Shown piece by piece: positions 1 through 8,592 of a DNA stretch of 24,000 nucleotides. The position numbers were made by a program, and so were the translations under genes. Under the pieces are notes generated by a model that saw only the letters and a program-made list of their open reading frames with translations, was not told the origin of the DNA and searched no databases. How positions within the stretch are numbered: position 1 is the first letter of the stretch; each line of letters begins with the position of its first letter. The stretch is from Methylococcus capsulatus. Its GTDB lineage: Bacteria; Pseudomonadota; Gammaproteobacteria; Methylococcales; Methylococcaceae. Location: contig NZ_CP104311.1 of assembly GCF_036864975.1 (NCBI RefSeq), positions 2,273,513-2,297,512 on the forward strand, given 5' to 3'.

Positions 1-1
1 G

Positions 2-706
2 GCGATCCGGATCATCGAAGCATTCGCGCCGACCGTTCCAGACCCTTTGGTGCGGGAGGCCATGGAGCTGATGGCCGAGGAGGAACGGCGGCACGAGCGA
101 TTGGTGCGGCACCTGATCGCCCGCTATGGGATCGTGATCGAAGCCAGAGAGATTCCGCCGTTGCCGTCGGATGTCGAACGGACGTTCATCGACTTCGGCT
201 ACGGCGAATGCGTGGATTCCTTCCTGGGGTTCGGCTTCTTCCGTCTCGCGCGGGAGAGCGGATTCCTGCCGCCGGAAATGTTCGACGCTCTGGAAATCCT
301 CATGGGAGAGGAGGTCCGCCATGTGCTGTTCTTCGTCAACTGGATGGCTTGGCACCAGGCACTCCGCGGACGGCGTGCGGCGGCTTCGCGCGGGCTGACC
401 TCGGCATGGCATTACGCCCGTGCGATCGCGGCGCTGGCGGGCGTCGCCGCACGGAATGCCCGCCACCAGGGCAATGGCCGGGAATTTTCGGCGACCCAGG
501 CCGCCGGCCTGATGCCAGGCTTCACGATGGGCGGTCTGCTCGCGGCCTGTCTGGAGGAAAACCGGCGGCGGCTGGACGCCTACGACCGGGATTTGCTGCG
601 CCCGCGCCTATTGCCGGCACTGGCGCGTGTCGCACTGGCGTTTACCGGCAGGGGCGGGCGGCGGAAACGGGGGGACGGCAGGGCGGAGGTTCGATGCGGC
701 AGGTAA
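2..706 (+). CDS. Ferritin-like / di-iron-carboxylate superfamily protein, 5' end outside the window
   Basis: The frame is open from nt 2 (AIRIIEAFAPTVPDPL...), so the GTG at 47 in the ORF track is probably internal. Stop TAA 704-706. Two ExxH motifs (MAEEERRHE and MGEEVRHVLF) lie about 75 aa apart, as in four-helix-bundle di-iron proteins. Third positions are GC-rich. Exact family not recognised. Confidence 0.45.
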   Translation, partial: AIRIIEAFAPTVPDPLVREAMELMAEEERRHERLVRHLIARYGIVIEAREIPPLPSDVERTFIDFGYGECVDSFLGFGFFRLARESGFLPPEMFDALEILMGEEVRHVLFFVNWMAWHQALRGRRAAASRGLTSAWHYARAIAALAGVAARNARHQGNGREFSATQAAGLMPGFTMGGLLAACLEENRRRLDAYDRDLLRPRLLPALARVALAFTGRGGRRKRGDGRAEVRCGR

Positions 707-1332
707 GGAGGGCGCTAGGGCGGTTCGTGGTGATCACAATGATTGCGGCGGCCGCGCTGCCTCTGGGCATGCTAGCATGGCGGGAGCAGGCGGAGCGCGC
801 CGCGGCGCTGGTATCCGGCACGCTGCTGCCGCAGCCGCGCCCCGTCGCCGATTTCGTATTGACCGGTGACGACGGCAGACCATTCACGCGGGCCGATCTG
901 GCCGGCCGCTGGACTGTCGTCTTCGTCGGCTATACCCACTGCCCCGATGTCTGCCCCGCCACACTGTCCCGGCTCAAGGCCGCCAAGGCCAGACTCGGTG
1001 CAGAGGGCGAGCGGCTGGCGGTGCTCTTCGTGTCGGTCGATCCCGAGCGCGATACGCCGGACCATCTGGCGCGCTACGTACGTCATTTCGACCAGGATTT
1101 CCGGGCGGTGACCGGCCCGGTGGATGTGCTGATGGCGTTGGGGCGCGAGCTCGGCTTCGTGTTCGTCAAGAATCTCGGCGCGGAAGGCGAGGGCTATGGC
1201 ATCGATCATTCCGCCGAGCTGATGTTGCTCGATCCGAGGGTCCGTCTGGTTGGCTACCTGATCCCACCTTTCCGGATCGAAGCTCTGGCTGCAGATTTCG
1301 AGACGATACTCAGGAAACGGGTTGCTCCATGA
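694..1332 (+). CDS. SCO1/SenC-family copper chaperone / thiol-disulfide oxidoreductase
   Basis: ATG 694 is preceded by GGAGG (685-689). N-terminal membrane anchor FVVITMIAAAALPLGMLAW. SCO signature FVGYTHCPDVCP (CxxxC) plus the downstream conserved His (GIDHSAEL). Overlaps the upstream gene by 13 nt. The 208-1332 version in the ORF track is an unsupported N-terminal extension. Confidence 0.85.
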   Translation: MRQVRRALGRFVVITMIAAAALPLGMLAWREQAERAAALVSGTLLPQPRPVADFVLTGDDGRPFTRADLAGRWTVVFVGYTHCPDVCPATLSRLKAAKARLGAEGERLAVLFVSVDPERDTPDHLARYVRHFDQDFRAVTGPVDVLMALGRELGFVFVKNLGAEGEGYGIDHSAELMLLDPRVRLVGYLIPPFRIEALAADFETILRKRVAP

Positions 1333-1754
1333 CGAAAGTGCATATTTTCTGCGCAGCCTTGGCTTGGTTCACTCTGCCGGGCCATGCCTGCGAAGGACTG
1401 GAGGTTTCAGCGGCCAGAGTGATGGAATCCCCGCCCGGTGCGAGCGTTCTCGCAGGGTTTGCGACGCTGCGCAACGGTGGGGATGCGCCCCTCGTCATCC
1501 GCCGCGCCGACAGCCCGGATTTCTCGGCGGTGGAATTCCATTCGCTGGTGCAGCGGGACGGGTTGATCCGGATGACGATGGACGGTTCGCTGACCGTGCC
1601 GCCGCATGGTCTGCTCGTCATCGAGTCGGGCAAGCGCCATCTGATGTTGATCAAGCCTGCCAGAGATTTTCACGAAGGCGACTGGATCACCGTTCGCCTG
1701 TTCTGTACGAGCGGGATGCTGGAAGTGAAGATACCGGTCGAGAAGAGCGGCTGA
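1329..1754 (+). CDS. PCuAC-like (DUF461) periplasmic copper chaperone
   Basis: ATG 1329 overlaps the SCO1 stop (ATGA). Signal peptide MTKVHIFCAALAWFTLPGHA. Family-like pattern AGFATLRNGGDAPLVI...SPDFSAVEFH...DGLIRMTM...LTVPPHG...GKRHLMLI. SCO1-PCuAC adjacency is a common synteny. Confidence 0.65.
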   Translation: MTKVHIFCAALAWFTLPGHACEGLEVSAARVMESPPGASVLAGFATLRNGGDAPLVIRRADSPDFSAVEFHSLVQRDGLIRMTMDGSLTVPPHGLLVIESGKRHLMLIKPARDFHEGDWITVRLFCTSGMLEVKIPVEKSG

Positions 1755-1795
1755 AGGTCGCTCTCGTCGAGCGGAGTCCTTGAAGGTGGACTGTG

Positions 1796-2581
1796 TCAGC
1801 GGGTCTGTGCTTCCAGAACGGCTAGCCGAACGCGGCTCGAAACTGGACGGCGCATCTGGATGACCACGCCAAGGATCTCGAGCGATTTCAGTTCGGTGCC
1901 CGCAAAGCTGGGAAAATCGGGATGTATCGAGATGAGTTCATAGTCGATCTCGTCCCCGGATTGTGATAGGACGCGGTATCTGTTCAGGTTGAGTCGCTCG
2001 GCACCCGGTCGGAAAACGATCACCGGATCGCTGGGCTGAAGCGGTGCATCCGGGTCGACAACCAATTGATCTCCGGGACGAAACTCGGGCTGGAACGCTT
2101 CGTCGCTCAGCTCCAGCTTGAGGGCGAACAGACGTGGACCGGATTCCGCGAATGGCAGCGAATAGTCCATGGCCACCCATTTGCCTGTCGATGATTGCAC
2201 CGACTGATCCTTGAGGTAAGCCTGTACGAGTTCGCAGTCCCGCGGAGAAAACAGCGGGACGCGACGAGCGCTCGCCATTGACAGAGGCCGTGCGGCATTC
2301 ACGATGCGGGAATGTTCATTTCCGAACAGCAGCGTATCGATATCGATTCCCAATTCCTTGGCGATAAGCGGCAGAAAGGTGCTTTTCCTGATTTTGCCCG
2401 ATTCTAGGCTTTGAATGGTTTGCTGTGCCGCGCCAACCCGTCCTGCCAGCTCATCCTGGCTCATGCCCAGACGTTCGCGGTAATGCCGGACACGCACGCC
2501 TACCGAAGTCAAATTTTCTCCCGATGATTGAATGGCGTTGGGATTCATGCCCAAGGAAGACATCCTCGCTGTTTTTCGCAT
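1796..2581 (-). CDS. XRE-family HTH repressor with C-terminal S24 (LexA/CI)-like domain
   Basis: HTH_3 motif VRHYRERLGMSQDELAGRVGAAQQTIQSLESGK. The C-terminal beta domain resembles the CI/LexA cleavage-dimerisation domain (FRPGDQLVVDPDAPLQPSDPVIVF...ILGVVIQM). Stop TGA 1796-1798. Start uncertain: ATG 2581, 2563 or 2548 are all in frame, and the 2605 track start is TTG. Confidence 0.7.
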   Translation of the reverse strand: MRKTARMSSLGMNPNAIQSSGENLTSVGVRVRHYRERLGMSQDELAGRVGAAQQTIQSLESGKIRKSTFLPLIAKELGIDIDTLLFGNEHSRIVNAARPLSMASARRVPLFSPRDCELVQAYLKDQSVQSSTGKWVAMDYSLPFAESGPRLFALKLELSDEAFQPEFRPGDQLVVDPDAPLQPSDPVIVFRPGAERLNLNRYRVLSQSGDEIDYELISIHPDFPSFAGTELKSLEILGVVIQMRRPVSSRVRLAVLEAQTR

Positions 2582-2611
2582 GCTCGGTGAGCAGATCAAA
2601 AACAAAAAACC

Positions 2612-2620
2612 ATTATAACA
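2612..2620 (-). promoter_or_regulatory. Candidate extended -10 promoter (TGtTATAAT) for the XRE repressor gene
   Basis: The minus strand reads ...actgTGtTATAATgg..., 30-40 nt upstream of the candidate start codons. No convincing -35, which an extended -10 tolerates. Confidence 0.35.
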
Positions 2621-2652
2621 GTAATGCAGGTTCGAGCCGGCCTGCGCTGCAG

Positions 2653-2916
2653 TCAGCGCCGGCCACGTCCGGTCTTGCGGCCTTTGTCCAGAGCGACGTA
2701 AATCGTCCTCCCTTCGAAATCTTGACCGTCCAGCCCTGAAATCGCCGCGCGGGCCTCATGACCTTCCATGTCCACCGTTGCGACGCCTCGCGCCTGTCCT
2801 GTAAATAAATCTCTACTCACCTTCAAGTCGAAGACTTTGCCATAGCCGCCAAACAATTCTCGCAGGTCGGCATCGGTCGTTGAAGGGGGTAAGCCATGCA
2901 CGAAAAGCGTCAACAT
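2653..2916 (-). CDS. Small RNA-binding protein with a single RRM (RNP-1/RNP-2) domain
   Basis: Starts MLTLFVHGLPPSTTDADLRELFGGYGKVFDLKV...ARGVATVDM...GRTIYVALDKGRKTGRGRR, with an RNP-2-like LFVHGL, an RNP-1-like RGVATVDM and a Gly/Arg tail. ATG 2916 is preceded by AGGAG with 9-nt spacing. The 2964 track start adds 16 non-RRM residues. Confidence 0.8.
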   Translation of the reverse strand: MLTLFVHGLPPSTTDADLRELFGGYGKVFDLKVSRDLFTGQARGVATVDMEGHEARAAISGLDGQDFEGRTIYVALDKGRKTGRGRR

Positions 2917-3189
2917 CGGTTCGAACTCCTGACTGAGATTGAAGTTGTGCGGAGAAAAAAGCACCTTCGAGGCAGGGAACGGGTCTGATGGTTTTGATGC
3001 TTGTTTACCACGCTGGCTGGAAGTGTACTGGACAAAATACTTTTTTAATAGTAGAAATTGGTGTCAATCATCGATTCGGCGACTAAGGGTGACGTGGTTC
3101 GTCGAACGCTTGGCTGGGCAGCCGGTGTCTGCCCGCCCCGGCGTTCGCACCGCCTGTTCGCACGGTTCACACAGTGCCTGGAGAATTCA

Positions 3190-4836
3190 TTGGGAAATCC
3201 TGTGTTGCAAACTTTTACCGCGTTGCGCGGCCTCGCCGACAGGAATGCAAGCTGGCGCCAGGATTTCGGTGCCGGCTTGCTGGTCTTTCTGATTGCCCTG
3301 CCTTTGTGTCTGGGCGTGGCCGTGGCTTCGGGATTCCCGCCCATGGCGGGTATTCTTTCGGCGGTGGTCGGCGGGCTGTTGGTGTCCCGTATCAATGGTT
3401 CCTACCTCACCATCACGGGTCCGGCCGCCGGTTTGATCGTGGTGATCCTCGGTGCCGTGCAATCGCTGGGTCAGGGCGACGCCATGGCCGGTTACCGCTA
3501 CACCCTGGCGGCCATCGTTGTATCCGGCGTGCTGCAAATCCTGTTGGGCCTTTACAAGGCCGGACGCCTGTCCGCCTACTTTCCCGCCTCGGTGGTCCAC
3601 GGCATGCTGGCCGCCATCGGCATCATCATCATGGCCAAACAGATCCCGGTGATGGCGGGCGTCAAAATCGAACCCGGTACCCACGCCAGCCTGTTGTCCA
3701 GCATGGCCCAGCTGCCTCATGGGCTCGCCTATTTCATCCCGGAAACGACCTTCATCGCCCTGGTGGGGCTGGCCATCCTGATCGCCTGGCCACGGCTCGA
3801 AAACCGCTTCCTCAGCAAAGTCCCGGCGCCCATCGTCGTCATTTTGTCCGGCATGGCCCTAGGGCAGGTTTTCGACCTGGCCCAGCTTCGCCCCGGTGAA
3901 AGCTTCCTGGTTCCCAAGGACTTGATCGTCGGCCCCGCTTTTCTGGTTGCGATTCCCGACAGCCTGCTGGCGAGCCTTTACCTGCCCGATTTCTCCAAGG
4001 TCTTCACGCTGGCGTTTTGGCAAAGCGTGATCAGCATCTGTCTGGTGGGCAGCCTGGAGAGCCTGCTAAGCGCAGCGGCGGTGGACAAGCTGGACCCCGA
4101 GCAGCGCTATTCCGACCTGAACCGAGACCTTCGCGCGGTGGGCATTGGCAACGTCGTCGCGGGGCTGATCGGCGGTCTGCCGATGATCGCCGAAATCGTG
4201 CGCAGCTCCGCCAACATCGACGCCGGTGCCCGAACCGCTTGGTCGAATTTTTTTCACGGCGCGTTTTTGCTGCTGTTCGTGTGGGCGTTTCCGCACGTGA
4301 TCGACACGATCCCTTTGGCCTCCCTGGCCGCGCTGCTGGTCTACACCGGTTTCCGCCTGGCCTCGCCCGAGGCCTTCGCCAGGACTATGGATCTGGGCCG
4401 GGAACAGCTGGCGCTGTTCGTCATCACCATCGTCGGTGTGCTGGCCACCAACCTCCTCGCGGGCGTGTTGATCGGCATCGCCGCCAAACTGCTCCTTCAT
4501 GTCGGGCGAGGCGTTCCCCTCAGGAATCTGCTGACCATTTTCTACCGGATCGAGCACCCAGCCCCCGGTACCTGTATCATCCATGTACGCGGTTCGGCGA
4601 TCTTCTCCAATTTCCTCGCCCTCAAGAGCGCCTTGGCGGAGCTGCCGGCCGGCAAAACGATCCTGTTCGACCTGTCCGACGTCTATCTGATCGACCATAC
4701 GGTGATGGAATTCATCGATCATTTCCGCGACGATGTCATCGCACAGGGCGGACGCTGCGAAATTCGTGGACTGGCCGGCCACGAGCCCTACGGCGAACAC
4801 GAGCTGGCGGCCCGCATCAAAACGCCGCAGAATTAA
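3190..4836 (+). CDS. SulP-family inorganic anion transporter with C-terminal STAS domain
   Basis: Multi-TM SulP core (GFPPMAGILSAVVGGLLV, LTITGPAAGLIVVILG, HGMLAAIGIIIMAKQ). STAS domain (IIHVRGSAIFSNFLALKSAL...ILFDLSDVYLIDHTVMEFIDHF). There is no in-frame ATG before TM1. I place the start at TTG 3190 (GGAGA 3180-3184), but GTG 3202 is equally possible. The 3058-3189 extension has visibly lower GC3 and no SulP-like sequence. Confidence 0.85.
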   Translation: MGNPVLQTFTALRGLADRNASWRQDFGAGLLVFLIALPLCLGVAVASGFPPMAGILSAVVGGLLVSRINGSYLTITGPAAGLIVVILGAVQSLGQGDAMAGYRYTLAAIVVSGVLQILLGLYKAGRLSAYFPASVVHGMLAAIGIIIMAKQIPVMAGVKIEPGTHASLLSSMAQLPHGLAYFIPETTFIALVGLAILIAWPRLENRFLSKVPAPIVVILSGMALGQVFDLAQLRPGESFLVPKDLIVGPAFLVAIPDSLLASLYLPDFSKVFTLAFWQSVISICLVGSLESLLSAAAVDKLDPEQRYSDLNRDLRAVGIGNVVAGLIGGLPMIAEIVRSSANIDAGARTAWSNFFHGAFLLLFVWAFPHVIDTIPLASLAALLVYTGFRLASPEAFARTMDLGREQLALFVITIVGVLATNLLAGVLIGIAAKLLLHVGRGVPLRNLLTIFYRIEHPAPGTCIIHVRGSAIFSNFLALKSALAELPAGKTILFDLSDVYLIDHTVMEFIDHFRDDVIAQGGRCEIRGLAGHEPYGEHELAARIKTPQN

Positions 4837-4856
4837 CCTCAGTCTCAGGAGCCGAG

Positions 4857-6971
4857 ATGCCGTTGTTTTTTGCTTACCTGTCGGTGATCGCCGCGCTGAC
4901 GTCGGCACTCCTCGCGCTGGCCACCAACCGCCGCGCCGGGTTGCAGCGTCTGGCGGAAGCGCTCGGGCGCCACGGGCTGCAAGCGCCGCCGGCGGTGGCC
5001 AGAATCCTTTCCGAAACGCATTTTGTCCGCATCCACCGCTACAGCCTGTTCGCCCTGCTGGGGATTTCCGGCGTCAGCGCCGTCCTGGCCGGGTTGGGCG
5101 CGCTCTCGAGCGGTGCCGTGCGCACCGATACCCTGCCGTTCGGACTGCCCTGGCTCAGCTGGCATGTCCGTATCGATCCCTTGTCCGGCTTCTTCTTCTG
5201 CGTCCTGGGCCTGCCGCTCGTCGCCGTCAGTCTTTACGGACCCAGCTACGTTCGGGAGTTCGAACACGGCAAGCACTCCCTGTCGGCCTTGGGGCTGTTC
5301 ACCGGGCTGTTCGTGGCCGGCATGGAGCTGGTCCTTTTGGCCGACGATGCGTTTTTGTTCATGATCGCCTGGGAGGTGATGTCGGTGGCCAGCTATTTCC
5401 TGGTCGCCTACCAGCACGATCATGCCGCAAACCGCCGCGCCGCTTTCCTTTACCTGCTGATGGCCGAAATCGGCGCGATCGCCATCATCTTAGGCTTTGG
5501 CGTGCTGGCGGGTTTCGGCGGGGGATTGAGTTTCGAGGCCTTGCGTGGGGCATCGTTGAGCCCGCTGTGGGCCAGCATCGCCTTCGTGCTCGGACTCGTC
5601 GGTTTCGGGATGAAGGCCGGCCTCGTTCCGATTCATGCCTGGCTGCCGGAAGCCCATCCCGTCGCGCCGTCCCATATTTCGGCGTTGATGAGCGGCGTGA
5701 TGTTGAAGATCGCCGTCTACGGCTTCATCCGCTTCACGTTCGACCTGCTGGATCAAATCCTCTGGCAATGGGGCGTGTTGGTGCTGATCATCGGTTCCGC
5801 ATCCGCCGTGCTCGGCATCCTCTACGCCCTGCAACAACAAAACCTCAAGCGGCTGTTGGCCTATTCCTCGGTGGAGAACATCGGCATCGTCTTCGTGGCG
5901 CTGGGATTGGCGCTGATCTTTCTGAGCAGCGGACAAACCCACCTGGGCACGCTCGGTCTGGTGGCTGCGCTGCTGCACTCGCTCCATCACGCCCTGTTCA
6001 AGTCTTTGCTGTTTCTCGGCGCCGGCGCCATCCTGCATCAGACCCACGAACAAAGCCTGGAAAACATGGGCGGCTTGGTCCATCGCATGCCCAAGCTGGC
6101 GGCGGTTTTTCTGGTCGGCACCCTGAGCATCGCGGCACTTCCGCCACTGAACGGGTTCGTTTCCGAATGGTTGATCTTCCAGACCGCGTTGCAGGCCAGC
6201 GCCATCGAGAGCGGCGTGCTGCGTAGCCTGATTCCCACCGCCAGCGCCGTACTGGCGCTGACGTCGGCCCTGGCGGCCACGTGTTTCGTCAAGGTCTACG
6301 GCGTGGCCTTCCTGGGATTGCCGCGATCGCATCACATCGCCCATGCCCGTGAGGTCCAGCATCGCGGCATGCTCGGCGGTCCCGTATTGCTGGCCGCCTG
6401 CTGCGTGCTGCTCGGCGTGCTGCCAACCCCGCTCATCAACGGTCTGGCGGGTTTGACGCGACAATTGACCGGCTTCGAGCTTCCCCACGTTTCCGCTTTG
6501 GGTTGGTTGTGGTTGACGCCGGTGTCGCCCGAGGTGGCGTCCTATTCGCCTGCCTTGGTGCTGGTGGGGGCTATGGCGGTCGGGTGGCTTTGCTATTACC
6601 TGCTGTATCGCCGCACCGGTTTGGATCCACGCCGGGCCGAACCCTGGGACTGCGGCTTCGGCGGTCTGACGGCACGCATGCAATACACCTCGGGGGCCTT
6701 CAGCATGCCGATCCGGCGTATCTTTCAACCCGTGTTCGAACTGCGCGAGACCCTCGAGGAACACAAGGAAGGCCCCGCCCAGGCGCGCGTCACGGCGCTG
6801 CGCTATCAATTCCACGTCCTGGATCGTGCCTGGTTGAGCCTGTATCAGCCGTCGGGCCGTGTCGTCACGAAGCTGGCGCGCGGGGCCGGCCGTTTGCAGA
6901 CCGGCAATATCCGCACCTATCTGGGTTATTCCTTCTTTACCTTGCTCTTTCTGTTGTGGGTGATCAGTTGA
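4857..6971 (+). CDS. HyfB/HycC-like (NuoL-type) antiporter-like membrane subunit
   Basis: ATG 4857 with AGGAG at 4847-4851, 20 nt after the sulP stop. Proton-antiporter family blocks are present (MIAWEVMSVASYFLV, GMKAGLVPIHAWLPEAHPVAPSHISALMSGVMLKIAVYG). The HycC/HyfB-type C-terminal region is present (EPWDCGFGG..MQYTSGAFSMPIRRIF). The 4017 track start is an out-of-context extension into sulP. Confidence 0.9.
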   Translation: MPLFFAYLSVIAALTSALLALATNRRAGLQRLAEALGRHGLQAPPAVARILSETHFVRIHRYSLFALLGISGVSAVLAGLGALSSGAVRTDTLPFGLPWLSWHVRIDPLSGFFFCVLGLPLVAVSLYGPSYVREFEHGKHSLSALGLFTGLFVAGMELVLLADDAFLFMIAWEVMSVASYFLVAYQHDHAANRRAAFLYLLMAEIGAIAIILGFGVLAGFGGGLSFEALRGASLSPLWASIAFVLGLVGFGMKAGLVPIHAWLPEAHPVAPSHISALMSGVMLKIAVYGFIRFTFDLLDQILWQWGVLVLIIGSASAVLGILYALQQQNLKRLLAYSSVENIGIVFVALGLALIFLSSGQTHLGTLGLVAALLHSLHHALFKSLLFLGAGAILHQTHEQSLENMGGLVHRMPKLAAVFLVGTLSIAALPPLNGFVSEWLIFQTALQASAIESGVLRSLIPTASAVLALTSALAATCFVKVYGVAFLGLPRSHHIAHAREVQHRGMLGGPVLLAACCVLLGVLPTPLINGLAGLTRQLTGFELPHVSALGWLWLTPVSPEVASYSPALVLVGAMAVGWLCYYLLYRRTGLDPRRAEPWDCGFGGLTARMQYTSGAFSMPIRRIFQPVFELRETLEEHKEGPAQARVTALRYQFHVLDRAWLSLYQPSGRVVTKLARGAGRLQTGNIRTYLGYSFFTLLFLLWVIS

Positions 6972-7915
6972 TGGTCTGGCTCCTGGCGATCGTGCAAACC
7001 CTGCTTTTCATCGGCGCGGCTCCCTTGCTGGCCGGCTGGACCAAACGGATCAAGTGCCGTCTGCAAAACCGCAAGGCACCCTCCCTGTTCCAGCCCTACC
7101 GCGACCTGTTCAAGCTGTACTGCAAGCAGCCCATCGTTCCGCAGCCGGCCTCGTGGATTTTCCGCGCCGCCCCTTACATCGTGTTCGCCTCGACCGTGCT
7201 GGCCGCTTCCACCGTGCCCTTGGTGGCGGTCGATCTGCCCACGGCGCGCATCGCCGACGTCATCGTGCTGGTGGGTTTCTTTGCCTTGGGACGGACCTTC
7301 CAGGTGCTGGCCGGCATGGACATCGGCACGGCCTTCGGCGGAATGGGCTCGTCGCGGGAAATGACCATTTCCTCGCTGGCCGAACCGGCGATGCTGATGG
7401 CGGTGTTCACCCTGGCCATGAGCGCCCACACCACCAACCTGTCGCAGGCCATGAACTATGTGCTCGACACCGGCCTGGTGCTGCGCCCCTCTTTCGTCTT
7501 CGCCCTGGGCGGTTTGATGCTGGTGGCGATCGCCGAGACCGGGCGGATACCGGTGGACAACCCCGCGACCCATCTGGAGCTGACCATGATCCATGAAGCC
7601 ATGATCCTGGAGTACAGCGGCCGCTGGCTGGCGCTCATCGAATGGGCCAGTCAGATCAAGCTGATGCTCTACGGTGTCCTCATCGCCAATATCTTCGTCC
7701 CCTGGGGGATCGCGCAGGCGCCGTCCCTGCCCATGCTCGGCTACGGGATCGCGGCGATCGCGCTGAAGCTCGCGGTTCTGGCGCTGCTGCTGGCCCTTTC
7801 GGAGGCCCTGTTCGCCAAGATGCGGATCTTCCGCGTGCAGGAATATCTTGGCTTTGCCTATCTGCTCAGTGTCCTGGGGATGTTGAGCCACATCATCCTG
7901 GAGGCGGCGCGCTGA
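6971..7915 (+). CDS. HycD/HyfC-like (NuoH-type) membrane subunit
   Basis: ATG 6971 shares its A with the upstream TGA (6969-6971). Clear similarity to E. coli HycD as I remember it (LLFIGAAPLLAGWTKRIKCRLQNRKAPSLFQPYRDLFKL; SSREMTISSLAEP; IPVDNPATHLEL..EAMILEYSG). Confidence 0.9.
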   Translation: MVWLLAIVQTLLFIGAAPLLAGWTKRIKCRLQNRKAPSLFQPYRDLFKLYCKQPIVPQPASWIFRAAPYIVFASTVLAASTVPLVAVDLPTARIADVIVLVGFFALGRTFQVLAGMDIGTAFGGMGSSREMTISSLAEPAMLMAVFTLAMSAHTTNLSQAMNYVLDTGLVLRPSFVFALGGLMLVAIAETGRIPVDNPATHLELTMIHEAMILEYSGRWLALIEWASQIKLMLYGVLIANIFVPWGIAQAPSLPMLGYGIAAIALKLAVLALLLALSEALFAKMRIFRVQEYLGFAYLLSVLGMLSHIILEAAR

Positions 7916-8592
7916 TGGCCATTACCGAACTAACCCTCTATCAACAGGCGATCCTGCTTTTGGCAGGATTGATCGCCCTGACCTCCTTCCTGATGCTGGG
8001 GCAATCGCGGCTGGTGCGTCTGGTCCTCGTGTTCGCCCTCCAGGGCCTGCTGCTGGCGGCGGCCACCGCACTGGCGGCCTCGGTGCTGGATTATCCCCAC
8101 TTGTACGTCTCGGCGGCCCTGAGCCTGTTGTTGAAAGGCATCGTCATTCCGGTCCTGCTGCAACGCCTGATCCACCGCATGGGGCTGCATCGGGTCATGG
8201 ACACCATCGACCACCCGGCGCGGGTGATGATGGCCGGAACGGCTTTGGTGGTGTTCAGTTATTACGTCAGCCTGCCGGTCGTCCAGCATTCCACCCTGGT
8301 CACGCTCAACGCCATCGCGGTCAGCCTCGCGGTGGTGCTGCTCGGCATGCTGCTGATGATCACCCGCCGCCAGGCGGTGGCCCACGTGGTCGGGTTCATG
8401 TCGATCGAGAACGGTCTGTTCTTTGCCGCCGTGGTCTCCACTTACGGCATGCCCATGGTGGTGGAACTGGGTGTGGCTTTCGACGTGCTGGTCGCCGCCG
8501 TGGTGTTCGGCGTGTTCTTCTTCCAGATCCGCTCCAGCATCGACTCCCTCAACGTAGACCAGCTCAGCAAGCTGACCGAGGCCGATCGATGA
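7915..8592 (+). CDS. HyfE-like small membrane subunit (NuoK-related)
   Basis: ATG 7915 shares its A with the upstream TGA (7913-7915). 225 aa, all-helical and hydrophobic, with the HyfE-like block GFMSIENGLFFAAV. Confidence 0.8.
   Translation: MAITELTLYQQAILLLAGLIALTSFLMLGQSRLVRLVLVFALQGLLLAAATALAASVLDYPHLYVSAALSLLLKGIVIPVLLQRLIHRMGLHRVMDTIDHPARVMMAGTALVVFSYYVSLPVVQHSTLVTLNAIAVSLAVVLLGMLLMITRRQAVAHVVGFMSIENGLFFAAVVSTYGMPMVVELGVAFDVLVAAVVFGVFFFQIRSSIDSLNVDQLSKLTEADR

Noticed and set aside
1796-2916. XRE/S24 repressor plus neighbouring small gene as a prophage remnant or toxin-antitoxin pair
   Set aside because: No integrase, excisionase, phage structural genes, att-like repeats or tRNA flank it. 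The neighbouring gene is a clear RRM RNA-binding protein with its own RBS, not a toxin family I recognise.
3058-3189. 44-codon N-terminal extension of the SulP ORF (TTG/GTG start at 3058-3063)
   Set aside because: Third-position GC is lower than in the rest of the gene. The sequence is unlike SulP N-termini and contains the hairpin and direct repeats, which look regulatory. It remains possible, so the start is flagged as uncertain.
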